Of a DNA stretch of 64,000 nt, positions 40,150 through 52,420 are shown piece after piece (within the stretch, counting starts at the first letter, position 1; each line of letters opens with the position of its first letter). The translations under genes were made by a program, and so were the position numbers. The DNA comes from Vicugna vicugna (lineage: Eukaryota), in assembly GCA_013265495.1 (NCBI GenBank), contig MU058018.1, positions 1 to 64,000 of the forward strand, in the 5' to 3' direction. A model generated the notes under the pieces. The model saw nothing but the letters and a program-made list of their open reading frames with translations. It was not told where the DNA came from and did no database searches.

Positions 40150-40570
40150 TAAGTGTCAAGAAGAGAAGCCAAGGGAAAAGCACTTAACTCTCCCAGAGGG
40201 TGATCAGAAGAGGAGGCTCTAAGAGGAGCTGGCCCATAAACAGAGGGAAAAGCCAGTACTTGAAATCCCCAAAGGCTGGATTAAGAAATTTGGACTTAAA
40301 CCTAATGTTATTGCACAAGATTCTGAAGAAGGAAGTGACATGATCAAATTAGCATTTTAGGGGAAAAAAATCATTCAGGTCACTATACAGAATACAGATT
40401 GGAGCTGAGCAAGACTGTGAGAAGGAAGGCTAATTGGGACACTGTTTACTAGCTCAGGGGAGCAGTTTCAAGGAACTGAATTAGCTTAGTGACAGTGGAT
40501 GTGGATGGACAGTTACTGGTGGTCAATGGAACCTGATAGGAGGGGATCTGAGTTTGACTCTGAGGACGCT
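40150..40570 (-). mobile_element. L2 internal fragment
   Basis: aagaaatttggacttaaacctaa...gaaggaagtgacatgatcaaattagcatttt...cagattggag...gcaagactg. Confidence 0.65.
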
Positions 40571-41339
40571 GGGTTAAAAGCAGGCTGTATCGTGTTGCCA
40601 TTCGGTCAGCAACAAAATTAAAGCACTAGCTTTAAACTAGCTCTAGTATTAAGTGTCTAGGAAGAAATAAAATATTCTTTTGTAGTTTGTGTAACTGCAT
40701 TTGTGAGAAAACTAGTTTGCCTTGAGGGTAGTGCCAATTGTACATTTCAATCACTTACTGAAATGTTAGATTTCCTATAGTCTGACAAAAAAAAAAACAC
40801 TACATATCTTCAAACTTCTCCTTTTGTAGATGACTAATATTTCTTTTCTTTCAACACAGGCAGATATACAGAGTCTAATTTTTAAATTTACTAAAGAGTG
40901 AAACTTGCATACACAATAGTCTTATCTTTCTTAGTTAAGATTAATGATAAACAATGAAGCAAGTAACTCATTTCCAATAAGAGATTTTTGGCCACATCTT
41001 TCTTCTCTCTTATCTAACAAAATATGGTGTAGTCTGACAGGTCACACTTGGGAAAGCAACATAATGAATCATCTTTAACACGATGATTTCACATCTTGAC
41101 CATCACAGAAACATCTTCTGTATAAGTAAAATCATAACTTCTTTTAAACTCCAAATCATTTGTATTGTACAATATCATTTTATATGTATCATTATATTAC
41201 TAAAAAGTAACATAAAGTCAGGATAAATTTCAGTAATAAACTTCTAATCTAAGTTTCTGGACAAATAAAAGATAATTACCTTTCAGAGTTGGCTAAACCC
41301 AGAAGACAAAAATCAATGAAGGATTAAAGAACACCAAGC

Positions 41340-43138
41340 CATGGCAGCCTGAATTATGGCCCCCAAGGATGTCAACGTTTGAATCCATGGAATCTGTATA
41401 TATGTTATTTTATATGGTAAAAGAGACTTTATAGATGTGGTTAAGTAAGGGATTTTAAGATGGGGAGATTATTCTGGATTGTCAGAGAGTACCCAACGCA
41501 ATTATGGGTGTCTTTATAAGTGGGAGGCAGTGATAGACTTGACTAATAGGGAGGTGACCTGACAATAGAAGCAGAGATGGGAAGAAGGTGGTTTGAGGCA
41601 GCCTCTAGAAGCTGGAATAGGCAAGGAACAGATCTCTCCAGGAGACTCAGGAAAGAACCAACCCTGCTGACTCCTTGAGCCAAGAAAGACTCATTTTGGA
41701 CTTCTGACCTTCAGAACTATAGTAAAGTTAAATTGTGTTGTTTTAAACAACTAAGTTTGTAGTGATTTATTAGAGCAGCAATAGGAAACTAGTATCGATT
41801 TTGACATCTTGAAACAGGATGCTGCTATTAATACCCCAAAGTGTCGAAGTGGCTTTAGAATCAGGTGATGGGAAAAGACTGAAAGAATTATGAGGAGCAT
41901 AATAGAAAAGAATGTAAATACAGTAGAAAAACGTTCAATTCAAATCAAGCTAGCATTACAGCTACCTGATGTTTTCTTGTAAGTTTCTTTACTGTTGGTT
42001 CCTCTAAATATAATGCAAACTCATTAAGAACCAAATTCCTCTCTGTGTTGATGGCTGTTGTGTCCCCTGTACTTCAAACAGTGCTTTCAGTTGCTGAGCT
42101 CTTAAGAAATACGTGTAGTATTTCAAAATGAAATTTTTTAAAATGTAAATTTCCTTGAAAAGATGATTAGTAGAAATATGAATGTTAATGACTCTGGCTA
42201 CTGAGAACTCAGAAGGGAGTGAGAAGCATGGTAGAGCCTACATCATGTTAGAGAATCCCTAAAGCGTCATGAACAGACTACCAATAGAATTATAGAGGGT
42301 AAAGATTCTGTTCTTAACATCTCTTAAGGAAAGGAGGAACATATCACTGGCAAGTGGAGGAAAGGATACCTTATCACAAAGTGGCAGAACTCTGCAGAAT
42401 TCTGTTCCATAGTTTTGTAAAAGCAAAATAACAAAACAGAACTTGTAAGTGATGAAATTAGAAATTTAGCTGAGAAAATTTCCCAAGAATATGATGGAAG
42501 TGCAGCATGCTTTCTCTTGCTACTTTTGGTGAAATGCAAGCAGAAAGAGATAGACTGCAACTGTTAAGCAAAATGAACTAGTACTTGATGTTTGGGGGAA
42601 TTCTTAGCCTATCCATATTAAAAAAAACCAAACAAACCCAGAATGCTACATTGGATAGTCACCGTCAGGAAGCAGTGCTCTCGAGAAAGCCTCGTGTGTG
42701 GTTGACAACCTTTTGCTAGTGCCTCTGAAGTATCAAAAGGTAAATTATTGTCACACAGAGGGTCCTTGAGATTAGGTAGGTGTCTCAGATCTCCTCAGCC
42801 ATCTCAGTAGAAGCCACACTCTAATTTTCAAAGATCCCTGTCCATCCCACATTTATCCCATCCAAAGTCTTCACAATTCTTAATCCTTTACAACATCAAT
42901 TCAAGTCCAAAATCTCACAGAAGTCTCATAAGCTGAAAATTCCCAAATCTCATCATCTAAATTAGGGGTGAGTGAGGTTATAGATATAATCCATCCCGGG
43001 GCAAAAATCCTCTCCATCTGTGGACCTGTGGGAACCATTTTGGACTTATGATCATCAGAACTGTAACAGAATCAATATATCCTGTTTAAACTATAAACTT
43101 TGTATTAACTTGTTTTAGCAGTGATGAGAAACTAATAA
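41340..43138 (+). mobile_element. Rearranged MaLR provirus: MLT1D-like 5' LTR (~41340-41796), MLT1-int, partial 3' LTR (~43031-43138)
   Basis: The LTR ends agcagcaataggaaactagtatc and runs into the MLT-int start gattttg...gctgct...gaagtggctttagaa; a second LTR tail cattttggactt...cagaactgtaa...gaaactaata follows. Confidence 0.85.
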
Positions 43139-43349
43139 GTAAGCTTTAAAATTTCTTTAAAAATTTAGTGTTTGTATTTGGTAACCTCTCCAAGCAATAA
43201 GCAGAAGACCAATGGAACTTTGTCAAAAACAGCGTTCACCATTTCCTAGCAGATTTTTTTTTCTGACAACAAAGTGGAAAAATTTATAGATTAGGAAATC
43301 AGTAAAAACATTCTGACTTACATGATATATTTTCATCTGTTTGAGAATT

Positions 43350-43520
43350 AAGATTATTTTAAACTCTAACCTTACTATATTCTGTTAGGTCAGTAGCCTT
43401 TGACAAGTTACTGAACTTTTCTGAGTCTCAGACTGGTAGTGTATAAAGGAAGGGAAGTAACAATACCAAGTTTCCAAGACAACTATGGCAATAAAACGAC
43501 ATTTTTTGTAAATTCTAAAA
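43350..43520 (+). mobile_element. MIR fragment
   Basis: gcctttgacaagttactgaacttttctgagtctcag. Confidence 0.6.
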
Positions 43521-44783
43521 TAAGAGCAATGTTAACCTTTTATTATTTTCACTTTACTTCATTACTGTATTATTATTTTAATATTTGTTTAAAACCCCAT
43601 TGATCAAGGAAGAAAAAAAAAGATGCATTATTTTACTTAGGGATTTATTTTTTAAATATTTGGAATTATAAATGATAAAGATATCTTATTTTTTGCATCA
43701 TTCAAATTTGCTTCAAATTATAACAACTCATACTTTAAAAGCACAATTTTATTTTGTGCATGAACTGAGAACAATCAAGGATAGATTTGAGGTATTTCTC
43801 ATTTTAAAAAACCTAGTTCACAACAATTTAGATTTACAGAACATTTTAGTGAGCTATTATTTATTTAAAAGGAATCACCTAAAGATTCCTTTGAATAACT
43901 ACTAACAGGAAAGAAGTATTCATGTAAATACAAAATACCTACAATATAATATTTTTAAATAGTTTGGTTGATATTATGCAGCATTCTCCAGAACAGAATT
44001 GATTTTCTTTGCATATATATACATTTTGTTTAACTTTAGAATAAAATCCTACAATGCACACAAGAGCTACTTTTAAGCTCAATATGAATATTCACAAGAA
44101 TGCATATTATTAATAAAATTAGAGACATTTATTTTATACTTCTGAATTTTTTTTTTACATACAAGATTCAAATTCTCTTAAATATTTCCTATCTTGAATT
44201 AGGAAAAATGCATTTTAAGGTCAAATGATTTGTTGTCAGTTTGACTTCAAATAAAAACAAGGATATTAAATAGGATAAGACATATAAGGTACCTAGCAAA
44301 ATTCTTGGCTCACAACAGGAATGCAAAAAGTAGAAACAGCTGTAGAACAATAAAAATATCATAGCTATATTATATTATTATATTATTACTAATGCTGCCA
44401 ATTTAGAAAGGACCAAAGTGTTATACGCATATCTTCATATGGATGAAAGACTGTCTATGCAAACATACTTTATAAGTTTTTAATTCAGCCACAGAAAGAG
44501 TTAAATGTTTAAAGGAACAAAGTAATAGTTTTATGTGATATGTATTTGAATTGAACATATTTGGTTTATTTTTTTAACTAGTTACAAGTTTTTAAAAACT
44601 CACATTATTTAGGTGTTATCATGTACAAAAACCCCCAAAAAATGGCATTTAAGATTTCCTTTTCTTTGATACCATGAGTCTTTCTTCTTCACACCTTTTT
44701 TATGAGGTAACATGCCGATATTACTAGTGTATAACATCCACTTGGATATTGAACTTCAGATCATATTGCAATTTAGCACTATT

Positions 44784-44877
44784 AAAATCAAAATCAGAAA
44801 TAATCAGAATTAGAAATCATATTTTCAAAAGTCAGAATCAGAAATAAAATCAGTATCAGAATCAGAAATCAGAAATA
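44784..44877. repeat. Degenerate (ATCAGA/AATCAGA)n minisatellite
   Basis: Repeated atcagaa(a)t units read directly. Confidence 0.7.
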
Positions 44878-45539
44878 AGCAGGATAACACTAGAAATCAT
44901 ATCTAACTTTATTCCCATAATCTTGCTTTTAAAACATTAAATCACTTCTTAATCTTGAAAAATTACTAAAAGCACAACATTATAAACTTGGGAGTTTTTC
45001 TTGTCATCTTCATTAATTATATATAATTTCATCACTACTGAATCTTAAGTAATATTAATATTAACATAGTATAATATCCTATATTTAGTCTCACTATGTC
45101 CTCATTTTTATTCATGTTTGTGGTAGAACATCTGTTTGGTTGACATTTTAAAGGTGCCTGTACTGAAATAAGGCTAAGAAATGTTATTTGACACCTCGTA
45201 TAACTAAAAGTAATAAGAAAACTGCATAAGTGTTACAAACAAAATTTACTTTTAAACATCTTTATGTGACAAGGAAATAATTTCAGCCAATCACAGTGCT
45301 TAGATTTTAAAATGATGCAGTGTTGATGTACATAGCAAAAATAAGTCTAGGAAGAAGTGGGTATTATGGTATGCAATGAGACTCTGACCCAATAAATAAA
45401 GGTTAATAGTGTATATAGAACAAAATACATGGTTTAAATTCCAGCTTTCTGTAAAGAGAAGCAATTTGAATACAATCAAAAGCAATGTCATTTTTCTCAA
45501 TATATGTTTGCTCGTATACACATACAGAGGATTCTTACA

Positions 45540-45770
45540 ATAACAACACACACTTGTTCTGTGCCTTACACTGGGCAATACATTTTCACATGTATCAATA
45601 TTAACCTTACACCCACACTCTAAAACAGACAACAGAGTTTTTGATCTCCATTTGATATATTAGATAGCTGAGATTCAAAAAGATTAGGTTCCAAAGTTTA
45701 CTCAATTGTAGTGAAGTGGAAGTTGGAGCTCAAATTCAAATTTTCTCATGCTGAACTCCCAACAACTAGA
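45540..45770 (-). mobile_element. MIR SINE
   Basis: ctgtgccttacactgggc...tctccatttgatatattagatagctgagattcaaaaagattagg...agtggaagttggagctcaaattca. Confidence 0.65.
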
Positions 45771-47364
45771 TTTTGAGATGGTTATTAATAAGTATTAGAA
45801 TCCGTGTACACTAATCATAAAGAGGAAACAGCACACTTCCTGTTACAACAAGCCTTCTGGAGTTCTTTGAAGGAATGATGATAATGAATAATGTTGGGGT
45901 TCAAAGGGATGCCAAGTAAATATTTCCCCTCCTCTCTGCCAAAGTCTGAAACAACTGAGAGTAAGACAAAAGATTATAGGGGTGTGGAACAAAATATTAC
46001 CATTATCACTACTGAACTTGGGACTGAGGAATGTGGCTTGGACATATGGGAATCGTGGACTTCATACTGTTAGTCCCAGAAAACCAGAAAGACATAACCT
46101 TCCAATTACCCACAACCCAGGACCACTACAAGCCTTTCCATGGGCCAGAGCCTTTGCTTTCAAACTAACCCCATAACCGAGAGTATCTGACTTCCGTAGG
46201 CAGGCAGAACTCAAAGGAAAGAAGAGGCCAAGTTTCCCGACCCAGTTTATTTCAATACTGACACTCAGGTGAGTGAAGAGGTAGAGAGGGACAAGCATGG
46301 TAACTAGTGGAGCGCATCCTACAGGGAAGAAAATATCAGGAATGAGAAAGAAATGTTTCTTTCTCCCTAAAATAGGTGATAAATACTCATACAGGTAAGA
46401 AATACAAGTGATGACTATTTAGATGACTTTCAAAAAGTCATCAGGTGCCAATATTTGCCACAAAGGGAGATGCAAAAAATTACTGTTAATGAAAAGATAG
46501 AAGTCCTACTATCCGGATAAATATTTTATTCCAGTGAGACACAGTGGCATCCCCCTATTTATGCTAGAACAGCAGGCCTATTTTAAAAAATAATCTCTAA
46601 AGATGTGCTATTCCTGACTTTTCCTGCATTCTCTTACACTAATACAAGGAAGGAAGTGAGCAGTTTATTAAAAGAACTTAGTTGAGGCCGAGTATTATCT
46701 CCTAACTAGAGCTAGCTTAAATGGGTTGTGTTCCTCCCGCCTCGCCCTTAGAGGGGAGTTTATTTACCTAAATCCTTAGTTTGGAATTTCTAATATAGTA
46801 GTGAGTCTTAGACTCCAGTCACCCTGACCCCTGGCACTGGATTTTTAACTATAATCAAATTCCTTATCCATATAATGGGATAGCACAGATTTTGGGCCCC
46901 TGATACCAACTTTCACTGGAGCTACGGCTAAAGATAGTCAGATTCCTTTGTCACCATTCATGTCATTTTGGATAAATTGTGTCCGACCGCCGTGTTTTTA
47001 GCTTGTGTCACTCCCTATCGGGGATCAGCCCAGTTTTTCTTTGACAGTCCGCTCCATTCTGCGTAGGCATCCACCCTGGTGACAAGTTCTGTGATGTCAC
47101 AAGAAGCATATAACTAAACTGAAATGTACTTGGCAAACCTTAAACTTCTTCAAATAATAAATAACGTTCACATAATAAGTAGCAGTGAGATCCTATGTAT
47201 TTGTTTTCACAGGAAAACCAATAATTATATGTCCATTTGGGAAAAATAGAAGTCATGATTTGGGGGGTGGGAAGTGGAATGGAGAGAATAATCCACATTG
47301 TCCTCAAAACTCTTTCTTCTGCCACACAGAAAGCCCCTGATAATCACTGCCCTAATCCTGCACT

Positions 47365-47490
47365 AGTCAGTGTGTCTGCGCACTGGCAGTATCGCCTGGG
47401 AACTTCCTAGAAATGCAGAATTTCAGACCCCAACTTAGACCTCCCTAATTAGCAGGTGGTGCCTGTGCACATGGTACCAAGATGTGCAGG
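47365..47490. mobile_element. MER5A-like hAT fragment
   Basis: cagtatcgcctgggaacttcctagaaatgcagaatttcagacccca...agacct. Confidence 0.7.
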
Positions 47491-48957
47491 ACTGTCCACG
47501 AACACAGCTGTTCAAAGAGCCTTTGGAGCCCAAAGCATGCTGGGAAATGGGGAAAAGTATTTAGGAATAAAACTGAAATGATTGTCTCCTCCTTGTTCAA
47601 AACAATGGAGAATCCACATCCGAAAAATCTCCTCGATCCACCTCAAGAAATAAGGGAGCTGAAGAAAGTCTGGACAATGATAAACTTAAATCTGAGGGCT
47701 ACCACGTGTGGAAGGGCCAGAGGCTCGTTCAGACCACAAACTTGAGAGATGACGCCACAGCGATCAAAGCTGTGACATCACAGGAGGCACGAAGAGCGTG
47801 TCCGCTGACATTAGTGTCAGGGAACTGCCGAAGCCGGAGAGAGGCGTCTGTCCTCTCCCCAAGCAAATGTAGATGAAGTGCCTGTTACTCTGACAGCCAA
47901 GCAGCTGGTTGTAGTTATCAGCAGTTTACTTCCAAGCCAGGTTCAGTCAGGATGGAATCTCGACCGAGCGAGAGGAATCTGAAGACCTGGAGGCCAAGAC
48001 AGTGACCTGGCTCCGCATCAAAAGTCTAAAAGTCGTTTCTGCTTCCCTCCCCATCCCCAACCACCCTTTCTTCCACAGGGACTCGCTTCAATTATTTTTG
48101 CTGCCTGCCAGTCGTTTCCAATTGTTAAGCGGGACTTCACACATTCTTCACCCCTTGGCTCACTGGCACGGATGTGCTTTGATATCTTTTGCTTATCTGA
48201 TCTCTAACCGACAACTGCTCAGACACCCCAGCTTATCAGCGTCTGACATTCCTTCAGGCCACCTCGGCTCTTGCTGAGGGAGTGACTTAAGGCTGCTAGA
48301 GAGAGGGTATGGACTTCATTCAAAAAATGGATGTATTTCTTTACATAATAGTAAAGGTATCCTGTAAATAGTAGACTATGGAACTAAAAATAGATTTAAG
48401 AAGGTTTGATACTAAAATCACTAAATCTGTGGGAATCCATAAATCCATAAAATTATTAAAGTCCATGTGGATATTTGAACGAAGAAAGAAGACTTAAATA
48501 TTCCTTGTTAATATGTTGGAGGACATCTCATAAAACACCCCTAATTGGGTGGAAACAGAGCACTGAAGAGATGGAGCATGTTCCCTCGCAGCATGATAGC
48601 TTTTTATTCTCAGTTATAAATTAATAACATTATCTACTTCTAAACTCTCATAATGGTTAGGGAAACTGAGGGACAAAATGAAATCTCTGGTAATATTTAG
48701 TATAGTTATGTTAGTTTGTTCTTAATTGTTTCTATGCACACAAGATATACTTTTTAAGTTTCCAGATATTTTAGCATTCTTTAATGATGTTTACTTATAA
48801 ACCCGATTCTCTTTTCTTTTCCATGATATGGGAAGCAGATGGATTGATAGAAATGTACAGAAGTCCGCAATATGATGTATTTATATGAGAGGACATTTAT
48901 AGAACTGAAATTGTGGACTGGGAAGGAATTTAGTTCAGAGAAGAATAAAAAAAGAGA

Positions 48958-49187
48958 GAAGTGAAGGATTAAGAGGTATAAACCATCAGGTATAAAATGA
49001 GCTACACGGGTGTATTGTACAACAGAGGGAATATAGCCAACATTTTATAATAGCTATAAATGGAGTATAATCTTTAAAAATTGTGAGTTTTTATATTGTA
49101 TACCTGTAACATGTAATATTGTACATCAACTATATTTCAGTTTAAGAAATATGATATTGTAAAATAAATACATAAATAAATTTTATT
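48958..49187 (+). mobile_element. 5'-truncated cetartiodactyl L1 3' end with TSD
   Basis: ggattaagaggtataaac...gggaatatagccaacattttataatagctataaatggagtataatc...tcaactatatttca; 12-bp TSD taaaaaaagaga at 48946-48957 and 49188-49199. Confidence 0.88.
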
Positions 49188-50729
49188 TAAAAAAAGAGAA
49201 ATGGGGAATTAAGGGGATTAACATCTTCTGGGTACCTATTATGTGCCAGATATGATATTCACGCTTTAAAATATAACCAGATAAGATGAAGTTTCCCATA
49301 ATTGCAGAGTTTTAAACCAACATCTTAAGGGCCAGAAAAAATATAATATTGCCAGTACTCATCCAGTTTTAAATTGATTCCTGTATCATCTGTGCAGGAC
49401 TTGTAGAGTGCTTGTTTCTGCCAGCATTAACCCATCACCCACTTCTGGCCTCCACACATGGGAGGCAAGAGGATCAGGGAATTGACCCAAGGGTCCCGAG
49501 GCCTCATCTGGAGAGAGCGTTCCATGCACTCCCCGCCTCCCACGGTGCAGCCACAGAAGGGCCCCTCCTCCTCTCAAGCTAAGTGAGCAGGCTTCCCGGG
49601 CACTGCCCGAAAGCATGGTATACGTTTCCTGGATTTGACTAAGGGTTTGGTCTCTGATTCACCCATGAAAAATTTAAAGGAGAGTTTCTGATTCTTTTCC
49701 CACGGCAAGTTTCTCAGCCCAAGTTAGGCCCAGCTGGTTGAGAGAAGAAATATTCACTGTTGAAGTTTAGAGTTTTTAAGATGACACTGGAGTTAATTTT
49801 GAGTATTAAGGAGGAAGGACCAGCTATTATCTGAAACTCCCTAGGAAAGCTTTGGCCTGGAGCACCTTTTATGCAGAAGAAAGCAATAAACAAAGGCCTG
49901 TGACTGCAGTTGCTTTCCAACATCTGAGACCAACTACTGTTACTACCTGGGTTAAGCACACAGTGTCTCTAACCCAGATAATGATAAAATCCTGTCCATA
50001 GTCACACAGCCAGAAACTATGTTTTTAAAATTTTTATTTTATGAATTTTGTGTTCTTTTCAATAAATCACATTGTTAAGTGAATTTACTACAAACCCACA
50101 AATATTTCTGCCTAGTTTCTCATTACTTCCCCAAATAAACTTCTAGTCAGATGATAATAATCACCCTTTACAAACTTGCTTTGTTTATTTTTTACTTTAT
50201 CTGTACTTAAATTGACTTCCTTCATTTTCTGCCTATTTTAATGCCACCACATGTATTAAATACACAAGTCATCTCAGGCTGAATTTAATCTCTACTTTAA
50301 AGCAACTCATGCACGTATGTACATGCTTTTTACAAAAATGCAAAGCAATACTTGATAATTGCCTGATAGATGCAAAGACTTATGGGAGGTCAGAGGAAAG
50401 TTTCACTACTTCTGGCTAGAGCAGGCATCCTCAGATGGGACAAAAAATGGTTCTTGAGGGTGGAAAACAAGAAAACTCACTCTTTTTTATATATTAAGCA
50501 GAGATATACATACGGAGCATAACCATATACAGTCTATCATATACAGTGTTCAAAATTCATGGAGAAGACAATTAGGAAAAAAATGTTTCCAGAGGCTCTT
50601 GTGTGGTTAAGGGAGGTACAGTGACAATAAAAATAAAAAAACAAAACAAACAAACAAACAAAGAAAAACTTTGCCAAACACTAGACTAGAGGAATTAGTG
50701 AAAACAACGAGAAGAATTTTTTTAAATTT

Positions 50730-52420
50730 CTATTTGAAACTATTTTTAGAATTTTAAAATGTTGTAAATCTAGTACAGAAAGTTTATGCCTATCCCTTAC
50801 CCAGCATTTCCCCTACTCCTTCTGACTTCTCCCTTTTTCTCTTTCTTTCGGTTTCCTGTAGTTAGAAGCTAGTATGCCTCGGTGTAGTGTTTTTTGGCAT
50901 TTATTCTGCTTATTCTCTGAATTTCTTGGAACTCTGGTTTGGTGTCTGACATTAATTTGGGGAAATTCTCAGTCATTATTGTTTCAAATATTTCTTCTGT
51001 TCCTTTCTTTCTTCTCCTTCTGGCATTCTTTTTATGCACATGCTACACCTTATGTAGTTTTCCCACAATCCTTGGATTTTTTTTTTCAGTCTTTGTTCTT
51101 TTCACTTTTCAGTCTTTGAAATTTCTAGTCATATATCCTCAAGCTCAAGGATTCTTTCCTCAGCCACGTCCAGTCTACCAATAGGTTCATCAAAGGCATC
51201 CTTCATTTTTATTGCAGTGATATTTAATTCCAGCATTTCTTCTTGGTTCTTTCTTAGGATTGCCTGTCTCTGCTTACATTGCCTATCTGCTCTTGCATGC
51301 TGTCTATTTTATCAATTAGAGCTTTTAGCAAGTTAATCATAATTGTTTTAAACACCCAGTCTGATAATTCAGGTATCCCTGCCATGTCTGGCTCTTGATG
51401 CTTTCTCTGTCTCTTCAAATTGTGTTCTTTGCCTTTTAGTATGCCTTGTCATTTTTTCTTGACAGCTGGATGTGCTGTAACTGGTAAAAGGAAGTGCTGT
51501 AAATAGGCCTTTAATACTGTGGTGGTGAGGTGTGTATGTGTGTGGGGGACGTGTTCTATCATCCTATGATTAGATTTCAGCCTTTCAGGGAGCCTACACC
51601 TGCCTCTGTTAGGGGAACTTCCACGTGTTTCTCATGTTTTTCCTCAGATGGAACAGGATGTCTAGAGTGGGCTGGAGGTAGGTCATTCCTTTCTCCCACC
51701 TGGAAGAGTTAACTGAAGTTGCGTATGTCACTTCCTCCAGGTCAGTTAGGCTCTGTAAATGCCCCAGCAGTTCGACTCTAGTTAGCTGGCTTCTCCTGAG
51801 GGCAGGCCTTGTTAAGAAGAACAGACGCTCTGGTGTATTTCAAAAAGGTCTCTTTCCCTCTTTCCATCCTGGAAGCGTGAGAGAATTTTTCTCCACTTGT
51901 TACTGTGGGAACTTGGTCAAACTCCTAGTGGTACACCTGATGACTGCCCCCATCTCCCAGAGTGTGACTCTCCGACTCATCCACAGTGAACCGACAGCAG
52001 TTAGTCAGCTGGAGTTCAGGTTTTCCTGCCCCAGCATGGGTTCCCACTGAGCTCCTGTGAGTGAGTCTCTGCTGGGGTAGGTTGGGGCTCCCTGTTGCCT
52101 GCCTGTCTCTCCAGTCTTGGGGGCAGTGGTTTGTCTGCATCTTCCCCTCTGATATTAATCAAGAAGAGCTGATTTTTCAGTCTGTTCAGCTTTTTACTTG
52201 TTGTTAGGATGGAGTGGCAGAACCATAAACCAGAGGCCCCCTCCCAACATTTCTTAGAGCCACATCTTACATAAATATAGTATAGTGATCAGAACCAAGA
52301 AATGAAATTGATACTATACTAGTAACTAAATACCTTATTTGAATTTCACAAACTTTCCTACAAATTTCTTTTTCTAGGATCCAAAATTACATTTATCATT
52401 TCTCCTTAGTTTTCTTCTTC
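50730..52420 (-). mobile_element. Old L1MC-like 3' end, split by the 50811-52242 insertion
   Basis: aatgttgtaaatctagtacagaaagtt...cccttacccag at the left, resumed at catcttacataaatatagta...agaaccaagaaatgaaattgatactatact at the right. Confidence 0.65.
50811..52242 (-). mobile_element. L1M/HAL1-like 5' UTR plus partial ORF1
   Basis: ORF1-type antisense ttggggaaattctcagtcattattgtttcaaatatttcttctg; 5'-end-type gatttttcagtctgttcagctttttacttgttgttaggatggagtggc; flanked by cccagcatttc and cccaacatttc. Confidence 0.75.

Noticed and set aside
44784..44877. Repeated short units, considered as a CRISPR-like array
   Set aside because: There are no constant repeats with unique spacers and no cas genes; it is a degenerate minisatellite in eukaryotic DNA.
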